Assembly (NCBI GenBank): GCA_004431415.1
Contig: QPMI01000092.1
Coordinates: 1 to 64,000 of the forward strand
Length of the DNA stretch: 64,000 nt
Source of the DNA: Cyanophora paradoxa CCMP329
Taxonomy: Eukaryota; Plantae; Glaucophyta
Direction of reading: 5' to 3'
Under the pieces are notes generated by a model, which saw only the letters and a program-made list of their open reading frames with translations, ran no database searches and was not told the origin of the DNA. The position numbers and the translations under genes were made by a program. Of the stretch, positions 21,605 to 34,175 are shown in pieces. The stretch's first letter is position 1. Every line of letters starts with the position of its first letter.

Positions 21605-22459
21605 CTAGGGGCCCGGCCGCGATTCTCGCGCCGGGGGTGCAAGGGGGGAACCGGGATCTAATGAAAGAGTCGTAGTGGCACGCACATGCACGGGGCAGAT
21701 GTAGATCGACCCCGGCCCGGCGCGCGCGGCAGGTTGAAGTGTAAAGATAGACACAGAGTATATATGATTACAAAAAATAGAAAAGGCCCATTAAGCAGAC
21801 GCTGCGATCAAACCGAATAAAGAAAAGGCTCAAACCAAGCTTAAGGGTGCTCGGCTGCGATCAGCGGCGCAGCTAGGCAGCGGCGCAAGCGGTTTTGCGG
21901 TGCAAACTCAACCACAAGTGCCGGGCAGCGTGCTAGGCTGCGGGCAGCGGCGCGTGCTCGGTAGGCGGTGCTGCGGTGCAAGCTTGATGCAGTGAAAACT
22001 AGTCCAGGCGGCACGGGTACCGTGCGGCGTACGCAGCGCAGTGCGAGGAAGCGGAAATCTAGAGGAGACAGCTAGAGAGAAGTGGTTCCATGCATATGCA
22101 GAACCGCGCAAGGTACCGTGCGGCGTACGCGGCGCAGTGCGACGAAGCGGAAATCTAGAGGAGACAGCTAGGGAGAAGTGGTTGCATGCATGCCGAACCG
22201 CGCAAGCGAGCGCCCGCGGAGCAAGAGAGAATTTCGTTTTCCCCTCGAAAACCACTTTTCGCAAGTTCGAGAAAGCTCTCGTGAGCTCGACTTCCACGCT
22301 CGAAAGTCGAAAGCTGACCGGTCCACCGAGCCAATTGGATCGCGAATAACCCGACATTTTTTTCAGGTGTTGCAAACTGGACCTCGAAAACGGCCTCATA
22401 GAAAACTTTTGGCTGAAGCGAGGGAACGGGAAGCAAGGGGGCCCCTTCCCCCCTTGCAA
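21605..22459 (-). mobile_element. Non-autonomous Helitron2-like element (855 bp)
   Basis: Minus strand starts TTGCAAGGGGGGAA with a 5' hairpin; 13-bp asymmetric inverted repeat at 21638-21650 vs 22446-22458; 3' GC hairpin then CTAG; no TSD; empty site TTTA|CATA in the paralogous segment at 32827/32828. Confidence 0.8.
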
Positions 22460-24552
22460 CATATAGAAAAAGTCGACTGCAATTAGCGCAAGTAAAGGTC
22501 CGAAAATTCGAGTATCACTGCATTCCAAGCACGCCATGGCCAAGGACTGACATGGCCGCCGGGCCATTTGAAGATGCGTCACTGGGGTACCGCCGGAACG
22601 GGTGGGCTGGCCTGTATATGCAGCTAGCAGGCGATCAAACCGGCTCGCCGGCGCCGGCCTCGGGCTCGAATCCCGCCGCGGTCGCCGCGGGGGGCGGCGG
22701 GCCGGAGCGGCGCCGGCTCGAGCTCCGGCCTGGCTCGCCCTGCCCCGGATCGACGGGCCGGACACCGTGGCCGGGGCCGGAGTCGGGGGCGGAACGGCGG
22801 CCGGAGTCGGGGATGGAGCGGAAGAGATGGAGGGCCGCCGTGGCGGCGGCCGGCGGGGGCTCGAGCGCTAGCTCGCCGTGGGGACCGAACCGGGACGGGC
22901 CAGCGGAGGAGCCGGAGGCGCCGGTACCCCCCACGGGGGCGCCCGGGACGTACCCCGGCTGCGTGTACTTTGTGAGGGAGCGGCGGCGGCCGCCGGCGCC
23001 GGGGCCCGCCGGAGGGGCCGGGGCCTGAAAAGAGGGCCGCCGGATAGAGGGACCCTCGCCCCCGGGCGCGGCGCTGGCGCCCGCGAGGGAAGGCCGCCGG
23101 CCGGGCCGCGGCGCGACGGGTACGCCCTCCTGCACCGTCTCGAGGGCCGGCGGCGGCGCTGGTGCCAGAGGCGTGAAGCGGCCGGGGCCGCCGGGTACAG
23201 GCGAGACCCGAGGCAGGGGGGAGGGAGCCGGGGCCGCCGGGGTACGGCGGGCCTCGACCGAGGTGCGGGCGGAAGAGATGGAGGGCCGCCGTGGCCGCAG
23301 AATCGACAGAGACGGCCGCCGTGCCCCCTCCGGCCCGTACTGCCGTACCCCTCAGACGAGGCGGGTGGGGGAGGGGGAGGGCGGGGGTACGCGGCGCGCA
23401 CGTCGAGGGCCCAGAGGCGGGCAGCGTCGATGGGGGGTACGGGGATGACCTGGAGGGACGGGCGGCGCGGGGCGGCGAGGGAGGGCCGGGGCGCCGCCGG
23501 CGGGGCAGGAAGGGCGGTCGGGGGCGCCGGCGCCGCGGGGGCGGGCGGGGCCGGGGCCGGGGCCGGGGCGGGGGCTTTCTTGCGCCAGAAGCGGGGGAAC
23601 TCGGGTCTCTCCCCGGTCATCAGGTACCTGAGCGGGGGGGTAGGCAGGCAGGCAGGGGCCGGGGAGGGAGGGGGGGGCCGCTCAGGTCAGGCTGGCAAAA
23701 CGCGCTCAAATCCGCGGAACCCAGAGGGAGGGAAATCACAGAAGAGGGAAATCACTCAAAATTCGCGGGGGAAATCACAGAAGAGGGGGGGGGGGGGGGG
23801 GGGGGGCGGGGGTGCGCGTGCACACGCACCAGACCACACACCAGATCCACACCGCGATCGCTGCCGGGCGGGCGGAGACGCGAATCAGTTCCCATACGAG
23901 TCAGCTGTCTCAAAAGCGCGTACCCCAGCTGCAGGAGCCGTCGAAGCAGTTGAGGCCGTACACCCCAATGAACGAGGCCGCCGTCTGAGGGGGCCGGGGC
24001 GGGGCGGGGCGGGGCGGGGGCGGGGCGGGGCGGGGCGGCTGGCGTCAGCTCTCGGCGCGACGGGCCGGCCTCAAGCCCGCGCTGTCATGCCATGGAAGAG
24101 CTCGAGGCGAGGCGGGGCGTAGCCAGGGCGGGCGGCGGGCGAGCTAGCTAGCCCGGCCCCTAGAGCTGTCAGCCGGCTAGCCGGCGAGCCCCGAGGCGGG
24201 GACCGGAGCGGGCCCGGGGCGGGTCCTGGCGGGAGAACCAGTGCGGGGGGTGGGGAGCAAGGGGAGCTGGCGGAGGAGTTCGAGGCGGGCGGTAGGGGCC
24301 GGGCGGGGCGGGGCTCTAGGCGGGGCTCTGGGCGGGCGGGGCGGGCCTGGGGAAGACGAATGCGAGGATGAGGAGGGTCCCCGGGCGCTCCGTCCACGAG
24401 AAGGAGGCCGACCGCGTCACGAAGATCAGCGCCTACGGGTGGGGGGGGTGGGGGGTGGCGGGGGAGGGGGGGGGGGTGGGGGAACGACGTCAGTTCGAAT
24501 GCTGGAAAGTCGAGAGGCGCGCGCGCGAGCGATCCCTCTCGCGCCCGCGCGC
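22460..24552 (-). pseudogene. Duplicated 3' portion of the H+-ATPase gene
   Basis: Collinear with ~32828-35452. It keeps the ALIFVTRS..., [10 protein letters not shown]... and [11 protein letters not shown] exons but lacks the [12 protein letters not shown] exon and all 5' exons. Confidence 0.85.
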
Positions 24553-24554
24553 GT

Positions 24555-24590
<36 letters not shown>

Positions 24591-27500
24591 GAGAAAGGAA
24601 GGAAGGCCCTCGGCGCGCGAGTCTGACCGCTGGACTTCGAATTCAGATCCCGGTCGCACATATCAAAAGCCCGGGAGCAGCTGCAGTATGACGCCACGCA
24701 GCGCCGCGGGGCAGCTACGAGCTGCGAGGCTTGCTACAGCTAGTGCTACCGCTATAGTTAGCTATAGCGTTATACGCTATGATGTAGAGAATATATCGAT
24801 ATCTGATGTACATCCGATGATCTTTGCGCATGCATGCGCAATTGGCAAGTATATATATACGCAAATTGATTCGAAAACGCGGGAGGAATACCACGCAAAG
24901 AAGGCTCTAAGCTCTAAAAATAAAGGATCGAGCGTCGATGGAGGGCCCGAGGGTCCGGCCTCCGATGGCCACCGCCGTGTGCACGTGCCATGGGCGGGGC
25001 CGGATCCGGATCCGAAGGCGCGCACGTGGCGGGGCGGGCGCCACTGCGGCCGGCCGCGGGGCGGGGTGGGTGGGCGGGGCGGGGCGGGGCGGGGGGGCGG
25101 GGAGGGAGGGGCGGGGCGGGGCGGGCGGGGCGGGGCGGGGCGGGCGGGGCGGGGCGGGGCGGGAGGGCGGGGAGGGAGGGGCGGGGCGGGGCGGGGCGGG
25201 GCGGGGCGCGCGGGGCGAGGCAGGAAAATCCGTCATCGGACGTGGGGGTCCGGAGGGGATCAAAAGCTTGAAGATCCTGGAGTCCCGGAGCAGTGCTGCG
25301 GTCCGACGGTCATGATCACCGGGTGCCATGATGACTGGGGGGGGACTCCGGATCCAGACTCCGTCGCGATCGCCAGCCGGCCTGGCGGGCCGGCGCGGGG
25401 GTATGGCGGGTCGGTTGTGTGGGCACGAGGTCCGGAGCTGATACCGAAGTAAAAAAGGGAAGAAAAGGAAAAAAGGAAAGACGAATTCGAAGGGAAAGCG
25501 CTGGGCTGCGGTGTTGCTAGATCGCTGGCGCTGGTTCCGAAGTTCAGCGAAGGGCCCAGCTGCATGCCAGGCCTAGAAGCTCCTGCCCTCGCTGGAGTTC
25601 GCCCCTCCCGGCGCCGGTGACGGCTCAAGGCCAGGGGCGTGATGAACGGGCGGCGCGCGGCGCTCTGGGCGCATGGGGGGCCCGCCGCGCGGCCCCTCGG
25701 TACCAGCGCCCACTGCGGATCCGAGGAGGCCGACCAATGGTGCGGGTGCGAGGGGCGGCGGCCGGTCCGGATCGATATCCCGCGAGGCTGTGGCGAAGGG
25801 CGCGGGCGTGGCCGACGCCGCAGTGCTCGTGGTGGACGGGCCGCAGCTAGCTGGCGCTCCGGTCCGCGAGATCCGGCTGCAGCTGGCCGGGGCCGTGTGG
25901 CGGATCCGGACCCGCCGGCGTCGATGCCGAGCTCGAGATCGAGATCGAGCCGGATCCGAGCGGGCCGACGTCGACCGCGAGCTCGCGCTCGAGCTCCTCG
26001 ACGTCGAGCTCGCCGTCCGGATCCGCCTCGGGCGCGTGGGCGACTGAGGTGGCGGCGAGCAGCGGCGGCGGCTCCGGATCCGGCTCCGGCTTCTGCGGCG
26101 GCGTCCGCGTACCGGCGCAGTGAGCGAATGCGATAAATGTGCAGAGAACATCTTAATCTAGATGGCGCCGGCTTTGCAATTGTATAATTAATTACCGCGG
26201 TGCGCAGCCTGCAGCCGGGGTGCACCTGATCCTGGCCATGGACGCGAGGCTGGCCGTGGCGCCGGCCCTGCGTCTGCCCGTAGCCGCGGCCGGCGCCCTC
26301 GCCGCGACGGGGGCGCGCCGTGCGCGGGCCGGACCTCGCCACCGGCTTCGAGTTCGAATCCGGCCGACCGCGCTCGACATCGCGATCGCGACCTCGCGAG
26401 TGCTGCCGCGCCGCCGCCGACGCCGCCGCCGCCGCCGCCGACGCCGACGCCGGCCGCGGTCGACGCTGGCGAGCCCGCGATCGAGCACTCGCCCGCGCCG
26501 TCACCGACTGCAGCATGCGCACGGGCTCCGGATCCGGATCCGGATCCGCGACCGCCGGCGCCATAGCCAGCTGCATCTGCAACTCGCGCGGGGCGATCGA
26601 TAGTTAATTAAAGGTTGAGGGCGACGGCCGCGGGCCAAGGCTGCCACGCGCGGCGCCGGCGCCGGCGCTGGCCGAGCTGCACCTGTCCATATGCATGGCC
26701 CAGAAACAGATCTGGCGGGCTGGCCACTTGCGATTGCACGCTGGGGACGTATCCAGAGCTCGAGCTGGTCGCGTGCAAGCTGGGGCTGTAGTAGCCGTAG
26801 CTGGAGCTTGCGCTCGGGGAGGAAGACGGAGGCAGCGGTGGAGCCGGGTCCGGAGGTAGCGGGGGCGGGGCCCGCGGCCGAGGCGGCCGCGGGGGGTTGG
26901 CGTTCACGTCGCAGAACGCATGTGCATCCTGCGCCAAACGCGTTTACGTTAGCGGGAAGCTTGTAATCAAGGTTGATATAAGCTTAAGCAGCTGCGCGTG
27001 CATGCGCGCAGGCGCAGCTGCAGGGTCGGAGACATCGATCGCGATATCGATATCTATGTAACATGTACATGTCGATCTAGATCTGCATACGTAATCCCCG
27101 GCCACGTGCATATTTAATTGGCCGTAAAGATGTATGTACATCGTACTCGTGCCGCACCTGCTTTCGGCCTGCAGCTGGGAAGAGAGGGCCCGCCGCTCTG
27201 GGACCGTGCACGTGGCCATTGGGATCGCGAGCGGCGGCCGCTTCCATGGGGAGCTCGAGCGGCCGCCACTGCAGGTGCTCGAGCACACGCGCGCCGAGGG
27301 TCGACGTTGACGTCGAAGTACGCGTCGAGGTCGACGACGAGGTCGATCGCGAGCTCGAGGTCGCTGGCGCCGGCGCCGGCTGAGCGTGTTTCCCCGCGGC
27401 CGCTCCACCTTGAAGGCGCACATGTACATGCTGCTGATCATGATCATGATCAAGCGTGTGGAACCCAGCTGCGGCCGCAGCCGCCGGTGTCGATGCCGAC

Positions 27501-29087
27501 ATCGACGCGGACGTCGACGCCGCCCTTGCTCCGTCTGGATGCACCACGTGCACTGCCGTAGCATCCTGGCTGCAGCTGGTCGGTATCGATGCCACCGTTC
27601 TGGCGTCCTTCAAATGCGAGAAGCCGGGGATCCGGTGTACATGTGTCGGGGATGGATATCCGGCCGCGGGGCGCCCTCCAAATGGGAGAAGCCGGCCCCG
27701 CCCATATGCATGCCAATCGCGATCGATGCCAGGGTCCACCTGCCGCATCGTACGCGTTACACGATAGCGAGTTTTAGTTGGACAGATCTAAAGATCTAGA
27801 TAGCTATCGAAGATTTGTAATGAAGAGCCGCGCGCGGCGCCGGCGTCCGCATGCCTATGTGCGCACCTGCATTGGCTCGAGGTCGAAGAAGCCCAGCGGC
27901 CCCTGCAGCTGCGCCTGCAGCCTCGCCTGCATCCGTGCGAGCTCGCCATCGATCCCGAGCGGAGTACTTGTCGACGTCGACGTCGACGTCCGCGCCTGCG
28001 CCTGCGCCTGCGCCTCCAGCTGCTGTGCCGGTGTCCCTCCGGATGATCCCGCGACGGCCGCGGCCCCGGTACCGGTTCGATCGTGTGCATGAACTCCCCG
28101 TCGGCTCAATTGCGCATGCAGCGCGGACTGCAGCTGCGCGCGTGACGCCCGTTAAACTCAAACTTCACCACCAGTGCATGTAAGGGACGATCGAACGCAC
28201 CCCCGACACGTGCACCTCGCGATCGACGGTGAATTCGAAGGAAGCCGTGGCGTCGGGCGTGGTCGTACGCGTGGCACCTCCGAACGAATTCGAATACTGC
28301 GCTTCTAGGAGCTGTCCGTGGAGATTGATATCCAAAGCGCCTGACGTGTCCATATGCATTGGCCAGCTGCAGGGATCCTCCGGCGGCTTTAAGCTGGCGA
28401 TTGCGGTGGCTCCGGAGCCGCGGCCGCGGCCGGCGTCCGCCGTGTTGCGGAGCTGGATTCGATGCTGCTTCAGAGCCAGCTGCAGGTCCGGCTGCAGCTG
28501 CGGTTCATCGCGGCCGAGATCGCGACTTTGGTCGTCCTCCAGGTCCGAGTCGGGCTCTGCGTCGGCCTCGTGCCCCTCCGATCCGTAGCCACCTTCCGCG
28601 TTGTCTCTGCGAGTTCACAACCGTCAGCTGCAGGCGCGGACGAGCCTTGAATGCGAATAAATGCGTCGAAAAGAGAGCGGAGGATGGCGCGGGCGGGTCG
28701 GGGCTCACTCAAGCTCGAGCTCCCTCGGCCTGCCACGCTTGGAACTGGCCGTGGGGACGGCCGCGGGGATCTGCAGCTGCGGGTGGCGATCGTGGGAAAT
28801 CCCGCACAGCCGGATTCCGGAGCCAGCTGCAGCTGCAGCTGCAGATGCAGCGGCTGGCAGTACTAGTGCGCCATGCACATTCTCGTGCTCTTCGAATCCA
28901 AAGGCTGCACCCGCCGGGGCCGGGGCCGCGGTCGGTAGAAAGGCAGGCGCCGGCGACGGCGCCGGCAACAGCGGCTGTTGCTGTTGTTGTTGTTGTTGTT
29001 GTTGTTGTCCACGCGCTGAAGACCCGCGGGTGCGACCACTCTGCCCTCTGCTTGAATCTCGCGAGTTCGAGGCTGGCATGGTGGTTT

Positions 29088-29123
<36 letters not shown>

Positions 29124-30784
29124 CGAAGTCCTTGCAATTAACCGTTAATCCGAATCGTATGCGTGAACGTCGACCTGGCGCATGTGTGGCATGATCATGC
29201 ATATGACGGGCCTGATCATGACGGGCGTGGCATACCGGTCTAGAAAGAATTCCGAATCTATCCATGGTCAAAATCCAGAATTGTGCACGCAACTCTCGTC
29301 CATTCCTTCTTCTGCCGACCAGGATGTTCATGTCGGATGGGAGCAGTGAACGCGAGATTGATAGCAGCTCCTTCTGCGTACCTTTACTCGCTATCGCGAA
29401 TCCGAAGCAAGACAGAATTCGAAGTCGGCTGTGCACGGCGCCAACTGCAATGTCGTGAGCTTCGCAAGCTGCAGCGACTTCGGATACAAGACAGGCGTCG
29501 AAACTTGAAAAGGACTGATCATGAGGTGAGTCACGCACGGAGCTCGAGTATTCCTTTCTGGAGCTCGGCTGGTCAAGATCATGAACGACTGGCATCGATA
29601 GCGGTGGAGATGCGAGGAGCTTCAAGGCTTGCGAGCTGCAGCTGGTCGGGCGGGCGCGGCCTCCGATACCATCGAGATCGCAACCATATGCACAGCCATG
29701 GCCGGCTGTGGATGCGGATGCCGCACTAGTACTGCTTCACCGAGTCAAATTCACAAATCAAGTGCAAGATTGCTGCAGTATGGCCATGGCCTGCCTGAAC
29801 ATGGGCGCGGACATGTACATCTGCGGGATCGACGTCGACGTGCACGATCAGTTGTATACATAGATTGAGCAACGTATATATGCATGCATATGCGAGATTT
29901 AACGATAACGATGATCATGACCCTGAAACGTTTAACAAACACGGTAAATACGTACGTGCACAGTCACTGAGTCAGCAGCGGCATTGGCTCTAGATCTAGA
30001 TCTCCCGCACTGTGAGCAACGTCAACCGCAGTTGTCAGTCCTGCAGCGCGACGCATGCAGAGACGCATATTTGCAAAGAACGCGAACCTGTGGTCGGCGC
30101 TGGTCGCACACTGACACGATCCAGAAGATCTGCGGGCCGGCCGCGGTACGTTCTTGCGATTCCAATTGGTTCTTGATCAAAACGGAAGGCCTGTCCTCGC
30201 AGAGGCCACGTGCACGGCGCATACCGATCGCAAATCCGACGGCCCAGTTACCGTATACGTAGTAGTACAAGTGCCGGCACCGCTGCGTTCATTTTCGCCA
30301 ATCCGATGATCTTGAGCGGCAACCGATCGCGAGAGGGGCCATGGCCAGCTGCAGTTCTGATCGGATGTCAAGGACGCCTAGGCCTCGTGATCATCGTGAA
30401 GGATCATAAGGATGATGCAAGCTCCGAGAGACTCAGCGGCTGCAGCCCCTGCAGCTGCAGGCTGGGCTGTTAGCTGGTGTCAGGCACTGTCGCAGTCACT
30501 GATCATGAGTGTCAGCCTCTGGTGTCAGCTGTCAGGCCCGAGGGCTGGTGATACTATGATAACTTTGATCATGATAAGCCGCGCGCTGAGCGGCGGACGC
30601 CAGCGGTTCCCCGGGGCCCGGTTCCCGGAGCTGGGGCCCGAGCCGGGCCGGCTCGCGATCGAGCCGGGCCCGAGCTCGAGCCTCCTCGAGCCTCGAGGCC
30701 CCGATCGCGAGCCGCCGTTAACGTTGGGGGCGAGCCGGCGCCGGTTTTAGATGCTGCCTTAATTAAGCCCTTAAAGGTAATTAC

Positions 30785-30910
30785 TACTAAGTTATTTTTT
30801 TTTTGAGAGACTACGGTGGGGCGAACCCCCCGTAGGTAGTGATATTAAAGACAACAAAGCAATCACAAATCAAAGATACAGTAAACTAGCACAAAATATA
30901 TACTAAGTTA
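30785..30910 (-). mobile_element. Short retroposed element (SINE or 5'-truncated LINE tail), 106 bp
   Basis: TSD TACTAAGTTA at 30785-30794 and 30901-30910; T10 run at 30795-30804; stem-loop ctacgg..ccgtag next to the tail. Confidence 0.85.
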
Positions 30911-32992
30911 GCCGCTGAGCCTGCCTATACTAGATCTAGATATATTTGTCGAGTATTATAGAAGAAGAGCACTAGTACTGTGTACCCTCCATCGAGCCGG
31001 CTCAAGCCGGCAATTAATTTAATTTGTGCTCATGCCATCATCGATCAAGCGCCCCGGCCCCGGGCCGGCCCCGGCCCCGGCCCCCGCCCGGCGGCCGCCC
31101 CGCGCCCCCGGCCCCGGGCCCAACGGTTCTAGTTCCGAGCCTCGGAGTCTTGGAAGTCAGTCACACGTGCACTGTCAGGTCTGGCAGGCAGTGGCACTGC
31201 GGCAGGCAGTGCCAGGCACTGGCAGCTAGTAGCTAATACTACAGTAGTACTAGTAGTATACGTAGTAGGCTACCCCGGTAGTAGCCTAGTAGACTAGTAC
31301 TAGTAGTAGTAGGCTGCTAGTAGGCTAGTAGTAGCTAGTCCGGTACTAACAGGAGTCCGGTAACTCTGACAGTCTGACTCCGGTTACTACGGTTACGTCA
31401 CTGAGTCGACGTCAGTGCTCCGCGCCGCCCATGCAGGCTGATGCAGCGCGCGGCCGCCGGGCCGCCCGGGCGCCCATGCAGTGGCATGCACCTGCATGCG
31501 CACCGTGGCACTGCGGCACCAACTTTGGCAACGTTAAAATTTGTTCAAACTTTTTTCGCTGCATGAATCCGTGCATGGTCACGTGGACGTGCAAATTAAC
31601 TTAAAAACGTTACGCACCGTGACGTTCGAGAAACAATTAAATAATAAATTTAAATTTGTTATGCATTTTGATCTGAATTTAATCAATATATATATATATG
31701 CATAACTGAATTTAAGAAATTCCGATTCGCTATATATATATGGTTGCTGAGTCAATGGCACTCAATGCCGACTTGCCGTCGATATAGGGTTACCGACGTC
31801 GACGTAACCGTACCGAACATGTCGGAGCTTCGACATTCGAATTCGAATTAATATCCGGTTCGATTCGAATATTAATTCGACATCATGGCATGTCGAATGT
31901 CGGTACGATGTCGGCGAGGGCGACCGATCGCGACGTGTCGGAAATAATGATTAAATAATGCATTTTAAAATAGTTTTTAATGCTTTTCTCGCCCCCTTCC
32001 TGCCGTCGGCGGCTTGTCGATCGCGTCGCTCACCTAGAAGTTGGCTAGAACCCACGCTTCTATGGTCTCCGAAGGTGGGGAATGTGTTTAGACATGCTTA
32101 GAATTACTTTCTATATCACCAGAAGCCTTAAAATATAATTATAAGCCGTTATATTAATTACTTCGATTCGCCGTAAAACCCGCCGCAGTGACAGGGATGA
32201 TCCGGATGAACCCTACCCCCCGGCCCCCTCTGTCGAATCTGTCGAAAAAGTTTACTAGTTTATGGTACTAGTTTATAGTTCGCGCTCGCAAACTTCACCT
32301 TCAAAGCAAACTTCACCGACTCGGCGAGTGATCATCATATGCATGCGCATGCTTCCGATCGCGAGTTCAGCCGACCTTTGCAATCGCGAGCTCGAGCTTT
32401 CTAGAAGCTCGCGATCGCGAGCGATCGCGATCGCGAAGCACCCAGACCGGTACCGTATAGATGCTGCCAGGAATCTACTTATATTAATTAGAGCAGCGCT
32501 GTGCACGCGTGCACGTGCGCAATGCCGCAGTGCGTCACAGGCCTAGGTCGACGTCGCTGGCGGCGCTTGTGTGATGTGAGAATTTCGGAAGCGAACTCGA
32601 ATTCGGCGGGCTGCGGCTGCAGAATGAAATTAGTGTGGATGAGTTGCCGATAGTAAAAGTACACAAGCAGGCCCTGAGGGGGGCAAGCGCTAGCCCCCCA
32701 AAAGTACATATGCATGTGCTCTGGATCTCTCAGGAGTCAGGATCCCGAGTCCGTTTGCTTCTAATATCTCTTTGCCATGAATCCAATTATTTCTCAGTGC
32801 ACATGCAACGCCGTACTACGGTATTTACATATTGAAAAAGTCGACTGCAATTAGCGCAAGTTAAAGGTCCGAAAAGTCGAGTATCACTGTGCATGCATTC
32901 CAAGCACGCCAAGGACTGACATGGCCGCCGGACCATTTGAAGATGCGTCACTGGGGTACCGCCGGAACGGGTGGGCTGACCTGTATATGCAG

Positions 32993-34140
32993 CTAGCAGG
33001 CGATCAAACTGGCTCGCCGGCGCCGGCCTCGGGCTCGAATCCCGCCGCGGTCGCCGCGGGGGGCGGCGGGCCGGAGCGGCGCCGGCTCGAGCTCCGGCCT
33101 GGCTCGCCCTGCCCCCGGATCGACGGGCCGGACACCGTGGCCGGGGCCGGAGTCGGGGCGGAACGGCGGCCGGAGTGGGGGTCGGCTCGGGCCGGCGCTG
33201 GATCCAATCCGCCGGCCATTCCTGGGCCCGAGCCGGCGGACCGGGCGGCGGCGGCGGCGGCGGCGCGGGGCCGGGGCCCGGCGGACACTGTGGCCGGGGC
33301 CGGGGACGGCGGCGGCGGCGGGGGCGGCGGGGCGGCGGCCGGCGGGGGCTCGAGCGCTAGCTCGCCGTGGGGACCGAACCGGGACGGGCCAGCGGAGGAG
33401 CCGGAGGCGCCGGTACCCCCACGGGGCGCCCGGGACGTACCCCGGCTGCGTGTACTTTGTGAGGGAGCGGCGGCGGCCGCCGGCGCCGGGCCCGCCGGAG
33501 GGCCGGGGCCTGAAAAGAGGGCCGCCGGATAGAGGGACCCTCGCCCCGGGCGCGGCGCTGGCGCCCGCGAGGGAAGGCCGCCGGCCGGGCCGCGGCGCGA
33601 CGGGTACGCCCTCCTGCACCGTCTCGAGGGCCGGCGGCGGCGCTGGTGCCAGAGGCGTGAAGCGGCCGGGGCCGCCGGGTACAGGCGAGACCCGAGGCAG
33701 GGGGGAGGGAGCCGGGGCCGCCGGGGTACGGCGGGCCTCGACCGAGGTGCGGGCGGAAGAGATGGAGGGCCGCCGTGGCCGCAGAATCGAGAGCGAGGGC
33801 CGCCGCGCCCCCTCCGGCCCGTACTGCCGTACCCCTCAGACGAGGCGGGTGGGGAGGGGAGGGCGGGGGTACGCGGCGCGCACGTCGAGGGCCCAGAGGC
33901 GGGCGGCGTCGATGGGGGTACGGGGATGACCTGAAGGACGGCGGCGCGGGGCCGCGAGCGAGGGCCGGGGCGCCGCCGGCGGGGCAGGCGGGGCGGTCGG
34001 GGGCGCCGGGGCCGCGGGGCGGGCGGGCCGGGGCCGGGCCGGGGCCGGGGCGGGGCCTTCATGCGCCAGAAGCGGGGGAACTCGGGTCGCTCCCCGGTCA
34101 TCAGATACCTGAGCGGGGGCGTAGGCAGGCAGGCAGGGCC

Positions 34141-34175
<35 letters not shown>

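Noticed and set aside
31785-32215. hAT-like MITE with TAGGGTT...AACCCTA ends
   Set aside because: Only a 7-bp match and no TSD.
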